A DNA stretch of 64,000 nucleotides from Saprospiraceae bacterium (GTDB lineage: Bacteria; Bacteroidota; Bacteroidia; Chitinophagales; Saprospiraceae): the NCBI GenBank assembly GCA_013360405.1, contig JABWBR010000029.1:16368-80367 (forward strand), read 5' to 3'. Below the pieces are notes generated by a model. That model saw only the letters and a program-made list of their open reading frames with translations. It searched no databases and was not told where the DNA came from. Numbering within the stretch: position 1 is the stretch's first letter; every line of letters starts with the position of its first letter. Of the stretch, positions 27,545 through 37,800 are shown piece by piece. Both the position numbers and the translations under genes were made by a program.

Positions 27545-27895
27545 ATGGAACTCGACCGCGATTCAAAACTGCTGCGCATCTTTATTGGAGAATTCGACAA
27601 ATCCCAACACACGCCTTTGTATGAAGCGCTTGTGTTGGCAGCCAAAAAGCAAGGCATTGCCGGGGCTACGGTTATCAGGGGGATTCTCTCTTATGGAGCA
27701 AGCAGTCGTATTCATACCGCCAAGCTGCTCGACCTTTCGCATGATCTTCCGATTATTGTAGAAATTGTGGACAGCGCCGAAAAGATTGATCAATTCCTGG
27801 AGACGGCCGATACGCTGATAGAAGCCGCCAATTGCGGGGCCTTAATTACTATTGAAAAAGCGGAGGTCATCCGGTACAAATCGAAACCACAGTAG
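27545..27895 (+). CDS. DUF190 domain-containing protein
   Basis: LLRIFIGEFDKSQHTPLYEALVLAAKKQGIAGATVIRGILSYG. DUF190 proteins commonly follow crcB. Confidence 0.8.
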   Translation: MELDRDSKLLRIFIGEFDKSQHTPLYEALVLAAKKQGIAGATVIRGILSYGASSRIHTAKLLDLSHDLPIIVEIVDSAEKIDQFLETADTLIEAANCGALITIEKAEVIRYKSKPQ

Positions 27896-27899
27896 CACA

Positions 27900-29072
27900 A
27901 TGCCTCGTACTCGCATTATCACCCGCAATATCTGGATACTTTCGCTGGTCAGCCTGATGACCGACGTGGCCAGCGAAATGCTCTACCCCGTCATGCCGGT
28001 GTATCTGAAAACTATCGGTTTTTCTATTGTGCTGATCGGCGTCTTAGAAGGTTTTGCGGAGGCTGCCGCCGGCCTGAGCAAAGGTTACTTCGGCAATCTG
28101 AGCGACGCGGTAGGGCGCCGGCTGCCTTTTGTGCAGGCCGGTTATGCGTTCAGCGCTATTTCCAAGCCGATGATGGCGGCTTTCGTCAATCCCCTGTGGA
28201 TATTTTTTGCCCGCGCCGTCGACCGGCTGGGCAAGGGCATCCGCACCGGCGCCCGCGACGCCCTGCTCTCTGACGAAGCCACGCCCGCCACGAAAGGACG
28301 CGTATTCGGCTTCCACCGCGCCATGGACACGCTCGGCGCGGTGACGGGCCCCCTGCTGGCACTGGTTTTTCTTTCGGCAAATCCGGGGGCGTACCGCGCG
28401 CTTTTCCTTTGGGCTTTTGTGCCGGGGGTGCTGGCTATTGCGTTTACCCTTTTTATTCGTGAAAAAAGACACGCAAGGACTGTAAGCATAAGCAAGCCGG
28501 GCTTCCTGGATTTTCTGCGCTACTGGCGTCGCAGTCCCGTTGAATACCGCCGACTCGCCGCAGCTCTGCTACTGTTCACCTTGTTCAACAGCTCAGATGT
28601 ATTTTTGCTGCTCAAAATCAAGGAGGCGGGCCTGAGCGATACCACCGTGATCGGCATCTATATTTTTTACAACCTGGTATATGCCTTAGCTGCCTATCCG
28701 TTGGGCATTGTAGCTGATCGGCTAGGCATGAAACGGGTTTTTGCGGGCGGACTATTGCTCTTTGCCGCCGCGTATGCAGGCATGGCGTTTGCCGATACCC
28801 ACGCCGTATTTATCGCGCTGTTTTTCCTTTACGGCTTGTACGCCGCCGCCACGGAAGGCGTAGCCAAAGCCTGGATTTCTAATATTTGCGAAAAAAAGGA
28901 CACGGCGACTGCCATAGGTACGTACACCGCTTTTCAAAGTATCTGCGCCCTGCTGGCCAGCAGTCTGGCCGGGCTCATCTGGTATTCCGTCGGGCCCGCC
29001 GCTATTTTTGGGTTGAGCGCAGTTGTAGCGGTGCTGGTGGCAGGGTATGTATTACTGAAGAATGAAGAATGA
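27900..29072 (+). CDS. MFS transporter
   Basis: About 12 predicted TM segments. GNLSDAVGRRLP (motif A-like). Start set at the ATG at 27900 to avoid overlap with the DUF190 gene. Confidence 0.8.
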   Translation: MPRTRIITRNIWILSLVSLMTDVASEMLYPVMPVYLKTIGFSIVLIGVLEGFAEAAAGLSKGYFGNLSDAVGRRLPFVQAGYAFSAISKPMMAAFVNPLWIFFARAVDRLGKGIRTGARDALLSDEATPATKGRVFGFHRAMDTLGAVTGPLLALVFLSANPGAYRALFLWAFVPGVLAIAFTLFIREKRHARTVSISKPGFLDFLRYWRRSPVEYRRLAAALLLFTLFNSSDVFLLLKIKEAGLSDTTVIGIYIFYNLVYALAAYPLGIVADRLGMKRVFAGGLLLFAAAYAGMAFADTHAVFIALFFLYGLYAAATEGVAKAWISNICEKKDTATAIGTYTAFQSICALLASSLAGLIWYSVGPAAIFGLSAVVAVLVAGYVLLKNEE

Positions 29073-29099
29073 AGAATATTGCATTTTGATGACACTAAT

Positions 29100-29119
29100 A
29101 AAAGTATTCAATTACTTTT
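29100..29119. promoter_or_regulatory. 7-6-7 palindrome AAAAGTA-N6-TACTTTT, candidate operator
   Basis: aaaagtattcaattactttt lies just upstream of the -7 box of the ric-like gene. An Rrf2-family regulator is encoded at the end of the cluster. Confidence 0.3.
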
Positions 29120-29134
29120 ATTTAAAAAAGGACT

Positions 29135-29142
29135 TATCTTTG
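29135..29142 (+). promoter_or_regulatory. Bacteroidota-type -7 box TAnnTTTG
   Basis: tatctttg, 25 nt upstream of the ATG at 29167. Confidence 0.45.
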
Positions 29143-29166
29143 CCCTGACAATCAAAAGCAATAATC

Positions 29167-30126
29167 ATGGAAGCAATATCCGGCAACGTTCTCGATGTAA
29201 CATTGATTGAACCCAGGATGAAACACCCCACCATTTTCGCCCGCTTTGACGAACTGGCCGATGGGGAAAGCCTCACGATTCACAACGACCACGACCCCAA
29301 ACCTTTGTATTACCAATTGTTGGGCGAGCGGGGCAATATTTTTACCTGGGAATACCTCGAACAAGGACCCGAGTGGTGGAAAGTGAAGATCAGCAAACGC
29401 CAGTTGGGCCAGGGTGATGAAACGCTGGGACAAATTGCCGCCAAGGACTTGCGCAAAGCACAGATTTTCAAAAAATACGGCCTCGATTTTTGCTGCGGCG
29501 GCAAAAAAACCGTGAAAGAAGCCTGTGCGGCTAAAGGACTCGACGTCACCAAAATTGAATACGAATTGCAGATGGCCGACCAACAGGCATCGCTATCCAG
29601 ACCGCTGCCATACAACGACTGGGGCCTCGATTTTCTGGCCGATTATATCGTGAATACCCACCATAGCTACGTGCGCAAAAATCTGCCCGATATCAGGGCG
29701 TATTCCAATAAGGTGATGATGGTACACGGCAATCGCCATCCTGAATTGTTCCGCATCAATGAATTGGTAGAGGCTGTAAACACCGAGTTGACAAACCACA
29801 TGATGAAAGAGGAGCGCATTTTATTCCCCTATATCAAAACGCTGGTTGCGGCAAAAAACAGCGGTCAGCCCAATCAGCCCAGCCCCTTCGGCTCCGTGCA
29901 AAATCCGGTCAATATGATGGAAATGGAACACGAGATGGTAGGGCAAAATTTGGAAGAAATACGAACAATTACCAATAATTATACCTTGCCCGAAGACGCC
30001 TGCGCCAGCTACAGCCTGCTTTACCGGATGTTGGATGAATTTGAAGACGACCTTCACCTGCACATCCATTTGGAAAACAACATTCTTTTTCCAAAAGCCG
30101 TCGAACTGGAGAAAGTGAATAATTAA
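29167..30126 (+). CDS. ric: Iron-sulfur cluster repair di-iron protein (RIC/ScdA/YtfE type) with N-terminal DUF2249 domain
   Basis: NDHDPKPLYYQ...WEYLEQGPEWW (DUF2249). QIFKKYGLDFCCGGKKTVKEAC (ScdA_N). Hemerythrin-like His/Glu repeats (HHSYVRK, MEHEMVG, LHLHIHLENNILFP). Confidence 0.85.
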   Translation: MEAISGNVLDVTLIEPRMKHPTIFARFDELADGESLTIHNDHDPKPLYYQLLGERGNIFTWEYLEQGPEWWKVKISKRQLGQGDETLGQIAAKDLRKAQIFKKYGLDFCCGGKKTVKEACAAKGLDVTKIEYELQMADQQASLSRPLPYNDWGLDFLADYIVNTHHSYVRKNLPDIRAYSNKVMMVHGNRHPELFRINELVEAVNTELTNHMMKEERILFPYIKTLVAAKNSGQPNQPSPFGSVQNPVNMMEMEHEMVGQNLEEIRTITNNYTLPEDACASYSLLYRMLDEFEDDLHLHIHLENNILFPKAVELEKVNN

Positions 30127-30367
30127 TTTTACTTTGTCACTTTAGAATTTTTCATAAATTACGTGTACACATTGCGCCCCGCTGGGGCTAAAATACATGT
30201 TGCGCATAATTTATCTACCAATATTCACGCCCCGCTGGGGCTTTTGGAGCATCGCAAGAGGCCCGGAGGGCCGAAATATCGTTAGAACCAGCAACAATAA
30301 GATCTCACAAGCTCCAGAGGAGCGTAATATACGGTATGCCTGGTTTAAAATGACAAAGTAAAATTAA
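30121..30367. repeat. MITE-like element, family A copy 2 (247 bp, opposite orientation to copy 1)
   Basis: Ends attaattttactttgtcacttta / tttaaaatgacaaagtaaaattaat. The interior is co-linear with the reverse complement of 17259-17450. The left end overlaps the ric stop codon. Confidence 0.75.
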
Positions 30368-30377
30368 TCTGCCGCCA

Positions 30378-30857
30378 ATGGAACGCCAACCGATCAAACG
30401 CCACGAGACCATTGTGGAATTTTCCAGGGAACACCATTTCGGTTTGTTACTTTGTTGGAAAATAAGACACGGCATCAGACACCAAATCGCACCGGAAAGG
30501 ATCGCGCCCTATGTCTTGCATTTTTTCGACGCCGATTTAAAAGCGCATTTTGATAAAGAAGAAAAATTGCTTTTCGATAAACTGCCTGACGATCCGCTTA
30601 TCATACAGGCAGTGGGCGAACACGGCGAAATTTATGCGCTGATAAACCGCATCAGCAGTGGCGACAAGGGATACGAGGTACTGAATCATTTTGCAGATAA
30701 ATTGGATGCGCATATCCGATTTGAAGAAAGAACCCTCTTCAACCACCTGCAATCGATATTATCCGAAGCTGAATTAATGGAAGTGAGTCACCACAACGAG
30801 GCAAAAACCTGTGATATTGACGAAGGTTGGAGCGATCATTTTTGGAAAATAAAATAA
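30378..30857 (+). CDS. Hemerythrin domain-containing protein
   Basis: 159 aa. EHHFGLLLCWKI, HFDKEEKLLF and HIRFEERTLFNHL are cation-binding His/Glu motifs. Confidence 0.7.
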   Translation: MERQPIKRHETIVEFSREHHFGLLLCWKIRHGIRHQIAPERIAPYVLHFFDADLKAHFDKEEKLLFDKLPDDPLIIQAVGEHGEIYALINRISSGDKGYEVLNHFADKLDAHIRFEERTLFNHLQSILSEAELMEVSHHNEAKTCDIDEGWSDHFWKIK

Positions 30858-30864
30858 CTTACCC

Positions 30865-31290
30865 ATGCTGAATATATCAAAAATTGCCGCAGCAGTGTTA
30901 ATAATCAGTTTGCTCATCCTTGGCTTTTCGGGCTGCCAGGGACATGCCCACGGCGACCATGCTCAACTCGGGCTGAATAACGGCGCCAAATGGAAAGCCG
31001 ATAGCGGAACCAACGCGCACGTGACAGCCTTGCTACAAATTGCGCAAGCTAATAACCCCCAAACGCTTGCCGATTATCAAAATGCCGGCAATACTTTTCA
31101 AAACGAGCTCAATAATCTCATCAAAGATTGCCGCATGCAGGGGCCCGATCACGATGCATTACATCAATGGCTGGAACCGCTGCTCGCATCCAACAAAAAA
31201 CTGATGGAAGCGGAAAACCAGGATGCTGCAAGCGCGATATTCAACGAGCAAAAGGAACATATCCAACTGTATTTTACTTATTTTGAGTAA
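30865..31290 (+). CDS. Hypothetical lipoprotein with a His-rich N-terminal stretch
   Basis: Lipobox-like LILGFSGC followed by QGHAHGDH. No family recognised. Confidence 0.5.
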   Translation: MLNISKIAAAVLIISLLILGFSGCQGHAHGDHAQLGLNNGAKWKADSGTNAHVTALLQIAQANNPQTLADYQNAGNTFQNELNNLIKDCRMQGPDHDALHQWLEPLLASNKKLMEAENQDAASAIFNEQKEHIQLYFTYFE

Positions 31291-31292
31291 TC

Positions 31293-32102
31293 ATGACCAT
31301 TAATGCCGATACCAAAATCGGGACTATCCTCAAAGAGAACCCCGATGCCCTGGAGGCCATCGTGAGCATTTCGCCCAGGTTTGACAAACTGCGAAATCCG
31401 CTGCTGCGGAAAATTATGGCCCCCCGTACAACCCTTGCTATGGCGAGTCGGGTAGGCGGCTGCAGCGTGGCCGATTTTTTTGAAAAACTGCAACCGCTTG
31501 GTTTTCAAATTGAGCAATCAAATAATTCAGAGCTTCCATCAACCGATGAAAATACCCCGCCCGGCTTTTTGACATCGATTCGCCCAGGCGAAATGGAGAT
31601 CCTGGATGTGCGACCCGTAATCGAAGGCGGGAAAGACCCTTTTACCCTCATCACCGGAAAAATCAAAGATCTGAAACCCGGGCAAGTGCTACAACTCATC
31701 AACAGCTTTGAACCGGCGCCTTTGATTAATATATTGAGCAAACAAGGATTTGAATATTATGTGGAGCACGTGGATCATAATCTGGTGTACACTTATTTTT
31801 ATAAAAATGCAGATGCCGGCTTGCCCGATGAACAGCCGGTAAAATCCGGTCAGGATTGGGATGCCGTATTGCAGCAATTTGAAAATAACCTTATGGTTGT
31901 GGACGTGCGCCACCTGGAAATGCCACAGCCTATGCTGACCATATTGGAGGCATTAGACGAGCTGCCCCAGGACAAGGCACTGTTTGTTTACCATAAGCGC
32001 ATCCCGGTATTTTTGCTGCCCGAGTTGCAAGACAGACAATTGGAGTATCGCATCAAAGAAATCAGCGATAGCGAGGTGCACCTGTTAATTTTCAAAGGGT
32101 AG
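31293..32102 (+). CDS. DUF1858 plus two DUF2249-like domains
   Basis: FDKLRNPLLRKIMAPRTTLAMASRVGGCSVADFFEKL (DUF1858-like). ILDVRPVIEGGKDPF and VVDVRHLEMPQPM (DUF2249/TusA-like). Confidence 0.7.
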   Translation: MTINADTKIGTILKENPDALEAIVSISPRFDKLRNPLLRKIMAPRTTLAMASRVGGCSVADFFEKLQPLGFQIEQSNNSELPSTDENTPPGFLTSIRPGEMEILDVRPVIEGGKDPFTLITGKIKDLKPGQVLQLINSFEPAPLINILSKQGFEYYVEHVDHNLVYTYFYKNADAGLPDEQPVKSGQDWDAVLQQFENNLMVVDVRHLEMPQPMLTILEALDELPQDKALFVYHKRIPVFLLPELQDRQLEYRIKEISDSEVHLLIFKG

Positions 32103-32109
32103 GTATATT

Positions 32110-33402
32110 ATGTTTCCACCGGGCGCCAATACCGATGCCATCAAAACCACCTCTTACAAAGCGGTATTGCCGTTTTATGCGTATGCCGCCCTCTCCTTTT
32201 TAGTGGCCACGGTATTGATGCTCTTTTCAGCCGGCCAATTCTCCGGGCATTATTTTCAGCCGCACACACTGGCCATTACCCATATCATGGCGCTGGGCTG
32301 GGGCACTATGATCATTCTCGGCGCCAGTCACCAACTTGTGCCCGTAATTATTGAAGGAAAATTGCACAGCGAGCGACTGGCCTACGCCTCTTTTGCGCTG
32401 GCAGCACTGGGTATTCCTTTGTTGGTGCGCGGGTTTTTCATTTTTGACATGGGTGGTCCGGCGCAGTGGGGCGGCATCCTGGTTGTATTAGCCATTGGCG
32501 TTTATTTTGTCAACCTGGGACTCAGCATTGCGAAAAGCAAAACAGAAAATATACAAGCCATTTATATTTTCACTGCCACAGCCTGGTTGTTGTTAACTTC
32601 CATACTGGGGCTTGCGCTGTTGTACAATTTTTCTATACCGCTTTTTTCGAAAGATTCGCTGCACTACCTCCCCTTACATGCGCATTTGGGCATAATCGGC
32701 TGGTTTTTGCTACTCATAATTGGCGTAGGCAGCAAGCTGATTCCCATGTTTTTGATTTCAAAATACAGCCACACTAAATTGATCTGGTGGATTTATGTCT
32801 GTATTAATACCGCGCTGTTGTCGTATATTTTTCTTTTTTATTTTTCAAATAATACCACTTTATTGCTGTTGCCGGTGATCGTACTTTTTGCGGGAATAGC
32901 GCTATTCGCAAAATACATTTATCAGGCCATTCGGGAAAGATTACGCCGGCAGATTGACGACCCCATGAAAATATCCATAAGTGCGGTTTTGATGATGGGC
33001 ATACCTATTCTGCTTCTCATCCTGGCAATTGGCCTTTTATCTTTTATCGCAAAAGCCAATATGTCATTAATTCTGGCCTACGGTTTTTTAATATTTTTCG
33101 GGTGGCTGACGGCTATTATCCTCGGCATGACATTCAAAACACTGCCTTTCATCGTTTGGAATAAAGTATATCATCGTCGCAGCGCCATGGGTAAAACCCC
33201 AACGCCCAAAGATTTATTCAATCATACTATTTTTAAATTTATGGGAATAATCTATATAGCGGGTTTGCTTGTTTTTACCATCGGTATTTTATCCCATTTT
33301 GTTTTATTATTAAAAATCGGCGCGGCATTATTAGTTATTGCCGCATTTTTATACAACATCAACGTATTTAAAATAATAACCCATCAACCTGTTGAAAAAT
33401 GA
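32110..33402 (+). CDS. Polytopic membrane protein with conserved His; possibly heme-copper-oxidase subunit I-like
   Basis: About 12 TM segments. Repeated H..(L/A)..GW......G....L(V/I)P motifs (THIMALGWGTMIILGASHQLVPV; HAHLGIIGWFLLLIIGVGSKLIPM). Confidence 0.45.
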   Translation: MFPPGANTDAIKTTSYKAVLPFYAYAALSFLVATVLMLFSAGQFSGHYFQPHTLAITHIMALGWGTMIILGASHQLVPVIIEGKLHSERLAYASFALAALGIPLLVRGFFIFDMGGPAQWGGILVVLAIGVYFVNLGLSIAKSKTENIQAIYIFTATAWLLLTSILGLALLYNFSIPLFSKDSLHYLPLHAHLGIIGWFLLLIIGVGSKLIPMFLISKYSHTKLIWWIYVCINTALLSYIFLFYFSNNTTLLLLPVIVLFAGIALFAKYIYQAIRERLRRQIDDPMKISISAVLMMGIPILLLILAIGLLSFIAKANMSLILAYGFLIFFGWLTAIILGMTFKTLPFIVWNKVYHRRSAMGKTPTPKDLFNHTIFKFMGIIYIAGLLVFTIGILSHFVLLLKIGAALLVIAAFLYNINVFKIITHQPVEK

Positions 33403-33722
33403 GCGCAACGACAAATGACAATAGCAAAAGTGAAGTGGCATTAGCAGCCCTGGAGCAGGTGATTGATCCGGAAATAGGCCTTAACATTGTCGACCTGGGG
33501 TTGATTTATCAGATCGACTTTGACGAAAAAGAAAATAAGCTCTATTGTACCATGACACTCACCACGCATTTTTGCCCGATGGGTGAAAGTATCGTATTCA
33601 GCGTGCAGGAAGCATTGCAAACGACCTTCCCGGACTACGAAATATTGGTACATTTAACATTTGACCCGCCCTGGAGCCATGAACGGATTTCAGAAAAAGG
33701 CAAAGCATTTTTAAACCAATAA
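33399..33722 (+). CDS. DUF59 / metal-sulfur cluster assembly factor (SufT/MIP18-like)
   Basis: VIDPEIGLNIVDLGLIY and TLTTHFCPMGE. 4-nt ATGA overlap with the upstream gene. Confidence 0.8.
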   Translation: MSATTNDNSKSEVALAALEQVIDPEIGLNIVDLGLIYQIDFDEKENKLYCTMTLTTHFCPMGESIVFSVQEALQTTFPDYEILVHLTFDPPWSHERISEKGKAFLNQ

Positions 33723-33725
33723 CCC

Positions 33726-34157
33726 ATGCTCAGTTTAACCTGTAGAGCGGCTATCAAAGCAGTGATTTTCCTGGGTTCCAAATTTGACTCCGGCGAAAAA
33801 TTCAGCATCAAAGAAATCGCAGACGCTATTGATGAAAACGAGCATACCGTGGGAAAACTCCTCCAAAAACTCGTCAAAGAAAGTGTGGTCAACAGCAGCA
33901 AAGGCCCCACCGGCGGTTTTTATATTACAGCAGAGCAATCGCAGCAAAAAGTAATCCGCATAGTCGAAGCCATCGACGGCAAAGATATTTTTAAGCAATG
34001 CGGTCTCGGACTGAGCAAATGCAGCGAAACCAGGCCCTGTCCTTTTCACAACGACTACAAGCCCATCCGCGACCTTTTTGAGACGATGTACAACAATAAG
34101 CTGGTGTATGAATTGTATACCAATGTAAACGCCGGGGGCGCTTTTTTGAAGGGGTGA
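33726..34157 (+). CDS. Rrf2 family transcriptional regulator
   Basis: 143 aa. wHTH FSIKEIADAIDENEHTVGKLLQKLVKESVVNSSKGPTGGF. Cys residues C-x6-C-x5-C (CGLGLSKCSETRPC) are consistent with a cluster-binding Rrf2. Confidence 0.85.
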   Translation: MLSLTCRAAIKAVIFLGSKFDSGEKFSIKEIADAIDENEHTVGKLLQKLVKESVVNSSKGPTGGFYITAEQSQQKVIRIVEAIDGKDIFKQCGLGLSKCSETRPCPFHNDYKPIRDLFETMYNNKLVYELYTNVNAGGAFLKG

Positions 34158-34192
34158 GGATTAGGCATTAGGCAGATTTTCCTTAACTTCAC

Positions 34193-34777
34193 ATGCAAAA
34201 ATCCGCCACTTATATGCACCTGCCCAGCCGCGCCGAAGCCCGACAACTGCTCGAACAACACGTCATAGACGAATACCAGCGCTATCACGCGCTCATGGTG
34301 GCCACCGCTATGGAAGGTTATGCCCGGCACTACGGCGAAGACGCTGATCTATGGTTCCTCACCGGCTACCTCCACGATCTCGATTTCGAGGAATACCCCG
34401 AGGAGCACCCCGGCATAGCCTTGCAATGGTTTCGCGAATGGGGATATCCCGAAGATTTTATCCATGCTGTCGAAGCCCATGCCTACGGCTACCACGAGTT
34501 CCGCACCCTGCCCAAAACCCGCCTGGCCTCCGCCCTCCTGGCCTGCGACGAGATCTGCGGAATCTTTTTTGCCTATCAGAAAGTCAACCCCGTGCCTTAC
34601 GGCGAGATGAAAGTAAAATCCATAAAAAGCCGGCTCAAAGAAAAAGCTTTCGCCGCCAAAATCGACCGCAGCACCATCTACCTGGGCTGCGAGCACCTGG
34701 GCGTCACCATCGACGAGCATGTGGAGAATTTGATTAGGTTTTTAGGGGTGACGACGGGGGAGCATCCCGGGAGGTGA
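34193..34777 (+). CDS. HD domain-containing phosphohydrolase
   Basis: HALMVATAMEGYA...GYLHDLDFE contains the H...HD motif. Confidence 0.75.
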   Translation: MQKSATYMHLPSRAEARQLLEQHVIDEYQRYHALMVATAMEGYARHYGEDADLWFLTGYLHDLDFEEYPEEHPGIALQWFREWGYPEDFIHAVEAHAYGYHEFRTLPKTRLASALLACDEICGIFFAYQKVNPVPYGEMKVKSIKSRLKEKAFAAKIDRSTIYLGCEHLGVTIDEHVENLIRFLGVTTGEHPGR

Positions 34778-34839
34778 CGGCACTGAATTTTAAGTTATAT
34801 TGGGACCCAAACATTATTACACAAAAACAACGCACCAAA

Positions 34840-37800
34840 ATGAAACCTGTATTCCACCAGCTCTTGCTTGTCCTGGCTATGTCATTGCTTTGGCTCTCTG
34901 CGTCAGGGCAAACCCTCGAATCCTTCGGCCTCTCCTCGGGCGATCAAAAAAAGCTGAGCAAAAAGATAGAAGCAGCGCCTAAAATATCCACCGTGCCATT
35001 TGTCACACCCACAATTATCCGCGCCGACCAGCGGAATTCGCCTTCTTCTCTCCGCACCGATGGCGCTACTTTCGAAATGCTGGTGAATAAAGGGCATGCA
35101 GGCGAAATCGAGAATATTTACCTTTCGCCGGATAAAAAAAGACTGATTACGACCAGCCAGGATGGGCAAGTAATTGTCTGGGACTACCAGACCGCCTCCG
35201 AGTTGCACCGCATTGGCAGAGATAAAAAGCAGGTGGGGCTATATGGGCAAAATGTAGATGTAATTAATGATTCGATAGCAGTGGTCACAGGTCTCACTAT
35301 TCGCTTGTACAATTATAAAACTAACAAGATACTGAAAAGCATTGATAAAACAGAAGTGCGAATAAGTCCTAAACGCATGGTTGTGGAAGATTATGACAAG
35401 AAAGCTTTCCAGGTTTATTCTACAACTTCCTTTAATCTGGAATATACGATTCCATTCCCAGGCGATGCCATACCTAATAGAATCGATAAAAAAATATCAA
35501 ATACAGGCAAGTTTCTTATTTTAAACTACCAGGATCAGGCCTATAAATACAAATACGAAATTATTAATTTGGATAATAAGTCGGTTGTATTGAAAGGCAA
35601 AGCTAATATAATTGGAAATCCAAATGCGTTCTTTAGCCCCAATGACGGCTTTTTATTAATGAAAGAAAGTTTTACTAAAATAGATATTTACGAAACCAAT
35701 AAATTTTCTCGTATAAAAACCATTGAAGTAAAAAACGGGGATCTCAAGGATAATGTCTTATTCGGCTCCAACGACCAGTCTTTTGTACTGAACCCTGAAC
35801 AAATGTTTGGCACATACGATGAAAAAAAACTGGGGCAAAATTCAATGTGGGTAAATACATCTACCTGGAAGACGACTAACCTGCCGGCTAATTACTCTTC
35901 CGTCGTCTTAACTGTAAAAATATTTAGCAACAATGCATTAATTTACAATAGGCTAAAAAACCAAATAATGCTGTATGATATGGCCAAATCAGCCAATGTG
36001 TGGCAGACAAGAGTGGATACGACCGGCTGGGCTTCGGGCGCAGTCTGGAATCCCTCATCTTTAATTGTATTTAACGGAGCAGGGCGATTTTTCATAGGTA
36101 CTAAATTGGGCGCCATACAGGAATACGATTTGTCAAATGGCACTTATGTGCGCAGTATAGGCAGTACTGCTTCAGAACCCGCAGCATTAGTTCGGATTTC
36201 AAAAGACGGTAAATACCTGGGCGTTGTATATGGCAACAACCTGATTGGGGAATTATTCAACGAATGGCGAAAAGGAGTCCATTATTTACGAGTTATTGAT
36301 TTGAGCAATTTAAATATTGTTGCTGAATTTTCAACTTTAATGCCGATTGGAGACTTTAATTTTGATAATTCCTCAAAACGGGTGGCTGTTTTATATTGGG
36401 ATTACGATAACTTTGGAAATAAAGGAATACGCCATCAGGAAATAGTAATTTATGATATTATTACGTCTTCGAAATTAAATACAATAGAAAATCCATTACC
36501 CTTATTAACAAATCTCAAGATTCCATATTATGAAAAACCGGCGTTTGATAGAATTTTATTCTCTCCCGACGATCAATTTATTATCACTTCAAGTTACGAT
36601 TCAGGTACGTATCTGACCTATTGGGACATTGCCGGCGGCCAAAATAAGCGGCGCATTGAAAATCCGTACACAACCAAAGTCACCGGTAAAAATGGCTTTG
36701 GAAAAGAAATTACTAAAGAATACGTGAATGCAGGTTTTTCAGATGTTATGCTCTCCTCCAACGGCAAATACATCCTGGCTTTAACCGGCGTAAAAGAACG
36801 GGTGAAAATTTGGGATTATGCTACTGGGTTTTTGATTCTTGACGCATTAATCCCCGAGCCGGCCCCCAATGCGGTGCGATCAAGCGGGTTCAGATGGAGC
36901 GCTAATGGTCAGTATATTGCAGTTGGTTCCCCCCGTGCTGATTTCAACAAAATATACAATTTAAAAAATCCTAAAAACTACTTATCGGCTAAAATAGAAA
37001 ATTGCAGTGAGGGCGCTTTTTCCAATGACAGCAAATACTATATCTTTGGAAATAAACTCACCCACAAAATCGGTTTTTACAACCTCGAAAGCGGCGATAT
37101 CGCCTATACTTCAGATGGACATAGCGATTTTATCACCGGCATTGCTATCTCACCCGATGGAAAAACGATGGTCAGCACCGCCAAAGACGGCGAATTTATT
37201 ATTTGGGATCTCCCTTCCCGAGCTAAAATAGGTTCCTACTTTTCGCAAGGCCCCGGCAAGTACTTTTTCATCACCCCCGATTTTTATTTTTCGGGTACAA
37301 AAGAAGCCTTAAAACAAAGCGGCTTCGGCACGTTCAAATTAGACGGCGCCAACTTCCCGTTTTTGGAGTCGGATGTGTTTTTTAATCAGCCCCACGTGAT
37401 CATGGAAAGGCTCGGATATGCCTCCAAAAAAGAAATCGACTTTTTCAGGCAGGCCCGCGAAAAAAGACTCGAAAAGCTGGGGTTTGCCAAAGACGCCAGG
37501 CTGAGCAAAAACTACCCCAAAGTGACCGTCACCGGCCAACAGGGCGTTTATCGCACCGATAAAGAACTCTTCGCGATTACTATAAAAGCCTCCGATGCCA
37601 CCCAGGTCATCAAAACCATACATGTGCTGGTCAACGGCGTGCCGATATGGGGCGTCAACGGCAAAGACGTAGCCGCAGAAAACAAAAAAACCATCGAAAA
37701 AAAGGTGACCTTATCCCTCTCCACCGGCAATAATTCAATCGCCGTTTATTGTACCAATATTTCGGGTATTTCTTCTTTTGCCAATGCTTTTCAGGTGCGC

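Noticed and set aside
34774-34839. Longer start for the WD40-caspase ORF, overlapping the HD gene stop.
   Set aside because: The ATG at 34840 is followed by a classic signal peptide (MKPVFHQLLLVLAMSLLWLSASGQ). The 22 upstream codons have no such feature.
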